A DNA stretch of 52,643 bases from a virus. Taxonomy: Duplodnaviria > Heunggongvirae > Uroviricota > Caudoviricetes > Crassvirales. The notes under the pieces are model-generated. The model was not told where the DNA came from. It made no database searches and saw only the letters and a list, made by a program, of their open reading frames with translations. Position numbers and translations under genes: made by a program. The stretch lies in the IMG/VR virus record IMGVR_UViG_3300027816_000067, positions 72,322 through 124,964 of that record; one strand, 5' to 3'. Below are positions 47,534 through 52,643 of the stretch, in pieces. Numbering within the stretch: position 1 is the first letter of the stretch; every line of letters begins with the position of its first letter.

Positions 47534-47617
47534 TCCGGGGGCAGCCGGAAACAGTGACTTAATTACCCTTGTTGGGGGATGGCCTGCCCGCCTGAACCCG
47601 ACAAGGGATTTTTTTTT
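47534..47617 (+). ncRNA. Structured 5' leader: two hairpins with complementary loops followed by a U-tract
   Basis: TCCGG-GGGCAG-CCGGA; CCCTTGTTGGG...CTGCCC...CCCGACAAGGG followed by A and a T9 run. Confidence 0.6.
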
Positions 47618-47618
47618 A

Positions 47619-48215
47619 ATGGCTAAGGATAAGAAATCGGTTTTGCTGTATTGCGATTTAATAACCACGGTTGAGGAGTTGGATGACGTGGACGCTGGTT
47701 TATTGTTTAAGCATTACCTAAGGTACATAAACGATCAAAACCCCGAAGCGCCTTCAAAACTAATAAAGATTGTATTTGAGCCAATAAAGCAATCATTGAA
47801 GCGAGACCTTAAAAAATGGCAGGAAAAGGCGGAAAATAGAAGTATTGCTGGTAAGGCTGGTGCTGAGGCAAGATGGCAAAAGATGGCAAAAGATGGCAAA
47901 CGCATAGATGAGATGGCAAAAATGCCTGTTAGTGTTAATGTAAAAGATAGTGTAACAGTAAATGATAGAGAGATAGAAGTATTTGGCACACTCCCTCAAA
48001 AGTTTTTTACAGTTAAATCCAAATACCTACACGAAAAGCCATGCCGGGTACACCAAGACGGATTTAGACAATACTGCGAAAAGCACCTTCTTGGTACTTG
48101 GTTCAAACGCGACTACATGGCCGAACTGTTTTGGAAGGAAAATGAAGGGAAGATGTTCAACGAGCATACACACGTAAACAACGTCATGCTTAAAATCAAT
48201 AACTCAAATGGATAA
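47619..48215 (+). CDS. Replisome organiser / replication initiator (DUF6291-like N-terminus)
   Basis: KKSVLLYCD...LDDVDAGLLFK...IKQSLKRDLKKW...AGKAG; upstream of helicase. Confidence 0.65.
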   Translation: MAKDKKSVLLYCDLITTVEELDDVDAGLLFKHYLRYINDQNPEAPSKLIKIVFEPIKQSLKRDLKKWQEKAENRSIAGKAGAEARWQKMAKDGKRIDEMAKMPVSVNVKDSVTVNDREIEVFGTLPQKFFTVKSKYLHEKPCRVHQDGFRQYCEKHLLGTWFKRDYMAELFWKENEGKMFNEHTHVNNVMLKINNSNG

Positions 48216-48561
48216 CGTAACGCTTCAAAAGCTGGTTGGCCGACCTAACTTTCTAAAAGACCATAACTTCAAATACTTGGAGTTTAGCGTAACGATTACC
48301 GAAAGGTTGGCAATCCTACGTGAGATAGCCGAAAGCCTGCCACAGGGCAAAAGAAAGACGCAGATGACCGAAATCATAACTTTCCTACATACGGCATTTG
48401 AGGACGTGGTTAAAGACTACAACGCGCTCCAGGAGGGTAGCGTGGCCCGTAACCATATCGAGGACATGGCGGCCAGTCTGATTTTTAAGGAACGCGAGAT
48501 AAGCCACCTGACGCAATTAAACAAAAGTTTAACCCAACGCTTAAAAGATGTTAAGTCCTGA
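48208..48561 (+). CDS. Hypothetical helical protein
   Basis: 117-aa ORF overlapping both neighbours. Confidence 0.55.
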   Translation: MDNVTLQKLVGRPNFLKDHNFKYLEFSVTITERLAILREIAESLPQGKRKTQMTEIITFLHTAFEDVVKDYNALQEGSVARNHIEDMAASLIFKEREISHLTQLNKSLTQRLKDVKS

Positions 48562-49483
48562 GGATGCTTTAAAGCGTATTGCTGCCCGGTATGACATGGA
48601 AAATCATTACTTCGCACAGCCGGAGGAATGGATATATGAGATTAAAACTGGCGTTAAGTTTGAGGTTCACAAGTACGGCCACAAACTGATAGACCACCAC
48701 ATGCCCTACAAGCAGGGCCAGTTGACGGTATTTGTCGGCAATACCAACGTGGGCAAAACCTACACTGTTCTTTACCTGCTTTCTAAAATGCTTAACCGCA
48801 AAAAGCTAATTGTATATTCGGCTGAGAACCGTATCAGTACGCTTGCCAGGTATTTAATCCAGTTTTGTTTTAACACCAACAACCATGCAACGATACTGGA
48901 TAAAACCAAATGGCTTTCCGACAGGGTTGAATTTATCCGGCATGAGAAACGATTCACACACATAGAAATTTTAACCCAGTTTGTAAAGGGCCAGCACCGT
49001 GGATTTGATGCTGACATGATGTTCATTGACCCTTACAACGCGCTTTCAATATCGGGCGGCCACGAAGGGCATTATGATGCGATTGAGGATTTACGGATAT
49101 TCACCCAGCAAACCGGCAAAAGCATTTTTTTAAACTGCCACACGGTTACCGAAACACAACGGCAAAAGCTGGATAAGTCCGGGGCTACCGCGGTTCCCAT
49201 GATGAGCGATGTGGAGGGCGGTGGTAAGTTTCCAAACAAGGCCGATGACGTTATAGTAGTTCACCGCAACCTTTACCACATGGACGAGGAAGAACGGTTT
49301 ACAACGCTTTTATACGTTGGTAAGGTTAGAAACAAAGAGGGAGGCGGTCAGCCCACAAGGTTTGACGAACCTATAAGGATGAGGTTTAAACGCGACTGGA
49401 CGGGGTTTGAAACGGATGAGGACAAGATTAATCAGGCGTATGACGACACAAACGGATGGGCAACATTGAAAGCACCGTTTTAG
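48548..49483 (+). CDS. DnaB-like (SF4) replicative helicase
   Basis: Walker A GNTNVGKT, YSAEN, MFIDPYN, KADDVIVVHR, KVRN motifs. Confidence 0.85.
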   Translation: MLSPEDALKRIAARYDMENHYFAQPEEWIYEIKTGVKFEVHKYGHKLIDHHMPYKQGQLTVFVGNTNVGKTYTVLYLLSKMLNRKKLIVYSAENRISTLARYLIQFCFNTNNHATILDKTKWLSDRVEFIRHEKRFTHIEILTQFVKGQHRGFDADMMFIDPYNALSISGGHEGHYDAIEDLRIFTQQTGKSIFLNCHTVTETQRQKLDKSGATAVPMMSDVEGGGKFPNKADDVIVVHRNLYHMDEEERFTTLLYVGKVRNKEGGGQPTRFDEPIRMRFKRDWTGFETDEDKINQAYDDTNGWATLKAPF

Positions 49484-49651
49484 CGGGGCAATTTTGAAAC
49501 ATTAATTATCAAACAATGTGAAAACTAAAGAAGAAATTTTGGAGGGACACTTTGGAAGTGACTATTGGATGAATACCAGTTTGCAATACATTTTACGTGC
49601 TATGGATGAAGATGCGTCCGTTGACTCAAGGAACAACATTGCTTATTTGAT

Positions 49652-50461
49652 ATGAAAAAATATACTAAAGAACAGATTTTAATAGCAGCAGAAATCGGAG
49701 AAGTTTCAATAATTGATGCAAGGCACGTAGTTTCATTACTTGACGAAGCTGTCATTTTGGAACGAAAACGAAAATTGCGTTTTGAATTAAAAAAGAAGGG
49801 TCGGCCTTTATTGCTCGATTTATTTTGTTGCTCTGGTGGTGCTGGTATGGGATATTATCAAGCGGGGTTTGATGTAACAGGAATTGATATTGAACCGCAA
49901 CCAAAATATCCTTTTAAGTTCATTTTGAGCGATGCAATTATTTACCTAAAAGAACACGGCAAGGAATACGATTTCATTCACGCCTCACCACCATGTCAAG
50001 GGTATAGCCACCTAACACCAAAGGAACACAAAGGCAATTATGAAAAGTTGATAGATGTATTGCGTGAATTACTAAATGAAATAGGAAAGCCGTATTGCAT
50101 TGAGAATGTAGCGGGGGCAAAAAATGAACTTAAAAATCCTACCATGCTTTGCGGTTCAATGTTCAATTTGCGTACTCAGCGCCACAGGTTCTTTGAAACT
50201 TCATTTCCTTTGGTTGCACCTTGTAAATGTGATCATAGCGAACTACCACTATTAGTAACGACAGCAAGTAAAGCAAGTAGAGAAAAGCGTTTCAAACTTG
50301 GTATGCAACCAAAGACAGTAAAGAACGCCCCTCTCGCTTATGGAATTGACTGGATGGACTTTAAGGGATTGAAAGAAGCAATTCCTCCCGCTTACACAAA
50401 ATTTATTGGTGAAACTTTTTTGTGCGGTGGGTTTTTTAATTCAAATGCCAATTTTGCATAA
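49652..50461 (+). CDS. C5-cytosine DNA methyltransferase-like protein with ~50-aa N-terminal extension
   Basis: LDLFCCSGG (motif I), ASPPCQ (IV), IENV (VI), QRHR.FE (VIII). Confidence 0.85.
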   Translation: MKKYTKEQILIAAEIGEVSIIDARHVVSLLDEAVILERKRKLRFELKKKGRPLLLDLFCCSGGAGMGYYQAGFDVTGIDIEPQPKYPFKFILSDAIIYLKEHGKEYDFIHASPPCQGYSHLTPKEHKGNYEKLIDVLRELLNEIGKPYCIENVAGAKNELKNPTMLCGSMFNLRTQRHRFFETSFPLVAPCKCDHSELPLLVTTASKASREKRFKLGMQPKTVKNAPLAYGIDWMDFKGLKEAIPPAYTKFIGETFLCGGFFNSNANFA

Positions 50462-50510
50462 CGTAGGAGGGGTTTAAAATCGTAGGGCAACTAACACGAT
50501 AAAACTAACT

Positions 50511-50723
50511 ATGAAATACATAAAGAATTTTTTAAAAAATGCGAAGGGTCGGGTTTTAGAACCAATACCCAAACGATATAATCAGTTGGTAAATAAATGG
50601 GAAACGAGTTGGATTTTATTGAAGACTTTACAAATATCAAAGTATGAAATTGCTAGAGGGTATCCAGAAACAAAATATATTGTTGACAAAACCTACAGTA
50701 TTAGCTTATGTAAAAGAGGTTGA
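50511..50723 (+). CDS. Hypothetical protein inside IR element
   Basis: ATG after AAAACTAACT; overlaps the next ORF by 80 nt. Confidence 0.4.
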   Translation: MKYIKNFLKNAKGRVLEPIPKRYNQLVNKWETSWILLKTLQISKYEIARGYPETKYIVDKTYSISLCKRG

Positions 50724-50967
50724 TTCGCTCGACCAATTTCAAAAAACTAAGATTTTTTTAGACCGTCATATTACAGATTTGTTTCTGACGTTGACTGGTT
50801 CAAAATACCCAACACAAACATTTGAAGAGTTTATTTCACCAGATAATGTTGAGATAAGAGACATGGGGGAAGATTGGTCTAAGTTTCAATTTGCTCAACG
50901 ATACGACCATGTATATTTTGGAATTTATGATTGGTACTGGAAATTCAAACACCGAATTAACTTATGA
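50644..50967 (+). CDS. Hypothetical protein inside IR element
   Basis: 107-aa ORF, aromatic-rich C-terminus. Confidence 0.5.
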   Translation: MKLLEGIQKQNILLTKPTVLAYVKEVDSLDQFQKTKIFLDRHITDLFLTLTGSKYPTQTFEEFISPDNVEIRDMGEDWSKFQFAQRYDHVYFGIYDWYWKFKHRINL

Positions 50968-51161
50968 AACTCTTGTGCGGTGGGGCATTTTTTAAAAAAA
51001 TTCTTTTCCACGAAAATAACTATGAAAAGCGCACTACCCGTTGCCCTATGTTTTAAACCCCTTGTTGGCCTGTGCGCTGGCCTAGCGCGGGCCGCTTAAC
51101 GGTGTTTTAGAATCCCGTTTTTTGGCCTGTTTTCGGGGTTTTAAAAATATTTTCAAAAATA

Positions 51162-51227
51162 TCTTGATTAAATGTAACAAGTAATCAAAATAGTCGTATA
51201 TTTACGTAACAATTAAACGAAACGACA
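51162..51227 (+). promoter_or_regulatory. Repeated early promoter unit A
   Basis: TCTTGA...GTATATTTAC-N5-AATTAAACG...ATGACAAC, near TAnnTTTG consensus; similar unit at 52241-52307. Confidence 0.6.
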
Positions 51228-51434
51228 ATGACAACCGCACAAAAATTACAAATCGAAACAGCAAAATTTGTAGGACAAAACATCCTTAAAGTAACTGGTA
51301 ATGACATTGCTAAATTCTATACAATGGAATTTACCTCTAATCTGTATGCTCAAAAGGTTGCTGCTATTTTTAGCAAGTTAAATGCCTTAGTTAATGTTGA
51401 AGGATCAAAACTTACTATGATATGGACGAAATAA
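51228..51434 (+). CDS. Small early protein
   Basis: 68 aa, behind promoter A. Confidence 0.6.
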   Translation: MTTAQKLQIETAKFVGQNILKVTGNDIAKFYTMEFTSNLYAQKVAAIFSKLNALVNVEGSKLTMIWTK

Positions 51435-51446
51435 AATTTTCTAACG

Positions 51447-51472
51447 GTGGTAGGCAATTTATAGCCTACCAC
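51447..51472. terminator. Perfect 9-bp GC-rich hairpin (terminator or processing site)
   Basis: GTGGTAGGC-AATTTATA-GCCTACCAC just after a stop codon; no clear U-tract. Confidence 0.4.
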
Positions 51473-51582
51473 AAAGGAGATCAAAAATATGACGTTTATT
51501 CTGGCGGATTATTAAAAGGGCTTGGCGTTGACTTTCTTCTTATAGTTATGCTTTATGAATATTGTAAAGGGCATAAAACGCC

Positions 51583-51807
51583 ATGACAACTACACAAAAT
51601 CAAATCTCAAGAATAGCTCAGGATTGGTCAAAAATTGCTAAGGAGCCAGTAAAAGTTGAAAACGTATCCGGTACTATCTATGGTTTTTGCTCTGAGATTG
51701 CAGCTCTAAGACTAGCTAATAAATACAGAAATTCAGGTGACAGCGCAAAGGCTGATTTCTCAAAGAATCTTAACACTTGGTTTTTCAGAATTGAACTTGC
51801 AAACTAA
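51583..51807 (+). CDS. Small early protein
   Basis: 74 aa, starts MTTTQ. Confidence 0.6.
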   Translation: MTTTQNQISRIAQDWSKIAKEPVKVENVSGTIYGFCSEIAALRLANKYRNSGDSAKADFSKNLNTWFFRIELAN

Positions 51808-52066
51808 ACTATTTCAGGAACTGGCTAAGCCCCGGTTCCATTACCACCATTACAGAATATCGAATCATAAAATTTGGTATGGATATTCTTGTAATGAAAA
51901 GCCAATTGTTGGAGGCATTAGATTTTTGTGTGAAACTGTTGAAGAAACTTTAAGTCTGATAAAATCATTCAATGGTGATGGTTGGGTAATAACTACTTTC
52001 TTAATTGATTATGAAGGAGATGACGGAATAATAATAGACTCAAGGTTTAAACAGTATTCACTATGA
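51737..52066 (+). CDS. Hypothetical protein (start uncertain)
   Basis: 109-aa ORF; stop overlaps the next ATG. Confidence 0.45.
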   Translation: MTAQRLISQRILTLGFSELNLQTKLFQELAKPRFHYHHYRISNHKIWYGYSCNEKPIVGGIRFLCETVEETLSLIKSFNGDGWVITTFLIDYEGDDGIIIDSRFKQYSL

Positions 52067-52209
52067 AAAATAAAACCCACGGAGGTAAACGTAAGGGCGC
52101 AGGCCGTCCAAAGCTGCCGCCTGAATTGAAGAAAGAGGAAACAGTTACTATGCGAATACCGAAAACGAAAGTACCGGCTGTACTCAAGGCTATTGGCAAA
52201 TTAACCTGA
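52063..52209 (+). CDS. Small AT-hook / ribbon-helix-helix-like DNA-binding protein (48 aa)
   Basis: Manual translation MKNKTHGGKRKGAGRPKLPPELKKEETVTMRIP... Confidence 0.65.
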   Translation: MKNKTHGGKRKGAGRPKLPPELKKEETVTMRIPKTKVPAVLKAIGKLT

Positions 52210-52240
52210 TTTCAAAGGTCAAAAAATAAATTAAAAATAA

Positions 52241-52307
52241 TCTTGAAAAGTGTTGCAAGATTCAAGTAGGCGCTGTATATTTACATCGTAATTAAACGCT
52301 AAAGCAA
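52241..52307 (+). promoter_or_regulatory. Repeated early promoter unit B
   Basis: TCTTGA...GTTG-N20-TATATTTAC-N5-AATTAAACG...ATGACAAC. Confidence 0.6.
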
Positions 52308-52466
52308 ATGACAACTACAACAAACACCTACGCAACAATCATCTTCAATGGTTCAAAAACTTACATGGTAGTTGATTCAGCTAACCAGTGCCACTTTGCA
52401 ACCCCATCAGAAAGAAAAGCTAAAAACTTCTTAGCTAAACTTTTAAAGGCTGCTGGCGCATGCTAG
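52308..52466 (+). CDS. Small early protein (52 aa, MTTTTNTY...)
   Basis: Manual translation behind promoter B. Confidence 0.55.
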   Translation: MTTTTNTYATIIFNGSKTYMVVDSANQCHFATPSERKAKNFLAKLLKAAGAC

Positions 52467-52643
52467 TAGGTGATAAAGTAAAGTATAACCACTTGAATGA
52501 AGTGGTTATACTAAAAATTGAAGGAAACTACGCCCTTATTCAATTTGATTCAGGAACTAAGATTTGCACTAATCTTCACGGCTTAAAAAAATCCCCCAAG
52601 TGTGCATCGTTGAGAGGCAAGGAGGATGTATTAAAAATGACCC
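52460..52643 (+). CDS. Small KOW/SH3-like protein, truncated at window edge
   Basis: MLVGDKVKYNHLNEVVILKIEGNYALIQF pattern; open to the edge. Confidence 0.45.
   Translation, partial: MLVGDKVKYNHLNEVVILKIEGNYALIQFDSGTKICTNLHGLKKSPKCASLRGKEDVLKMT

Larger units (their letters stand above)
50456..51069. mobile_element. ~614-bp segment bounded by imperfect inverted repeats with attC-like AAC/GTT ends
   Basis: Left GCATAACGTAGGAGGGGTTTAAAATCGTAGGGCAAC (50456-50491); right GTTGCCCTATGTTTTAAACCCCTTGTTGGC (51040-51069). Mobility is inferred, not shown. Confidence 0.5.

Noticed and set aside
51817-51839. Hairpin GGAACTGG-N7-CCGGTTCC
   Set aside because: A short single hairpin without a U-tract inside a possible ORF; too common to be informative.
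1-52643. CRISPR array, tRNA, rRNA, IS/transposase, integrase
   Set aside because: No regularly spaced repeat-spacer array, cloverleaf, or recombinase/transposase motifs recognised by eye; tRNAscan-SE and HMM searches would be the definitive check.

Overview
The window is entirely phage DNA of a Bacteroidota (Flavobacteria/Cytophagia-like) host, but it seems to join two unrelated phage lineages. (1) 1-~23 kb is AT-rich (spot counts of 60-nt lines ~23-30% GC), all on the minus strand. It holds a crAss-like (Crassvirales-type, podovirus) tail/ejection module: two ring proteins, an IHF/HU-like gene, the muzzle/stabilisation protein, two cargo proteins and a >2210-aa giant virion protein that runs off the left edge. 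Upstream lie an M15 endolysin/holin/spanin-like lysis cluster and unknown structural genes. (2) ~23.7-43.05 kb is more GC-rich and also on the minus strand. It is a complete HK97-type siphovirus late region: TerS, TerL, portal, prohead protease, major capsid, neck, major tail, tape measure, tail tip and fibre, plus a frameshifted ParB-methyltransferase. (3) 43.16-52.64 kb is the plus-strand early arm of that siphovirus: annealing protein, YqaJ exonuclease, SSB, a second M15 peptidase, replisome organiser, DnaB-like helicase, C5 methyltransferase and small genes behind Bacteroidota-type promoters. The composition switch falls inside one uninterrupted 953-aa tail-fibre ORF, so the contig is either a true recombinant or a chimeric assembly. 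Other notable signals: virion-type proteins with Sec signal peptides, a zincin domain split by a ~470-aa insert, a kissing-loop leader RNA, an attC-like inverted-repeat element enclosing ORFs, and duplicated alternative 3' ends for TerL and SSB. No integrase, CI repressor, tRNA, CRISPR array or reverse transcriptase was seen. Family assignments come from motif recognition and synteny, not database searches.
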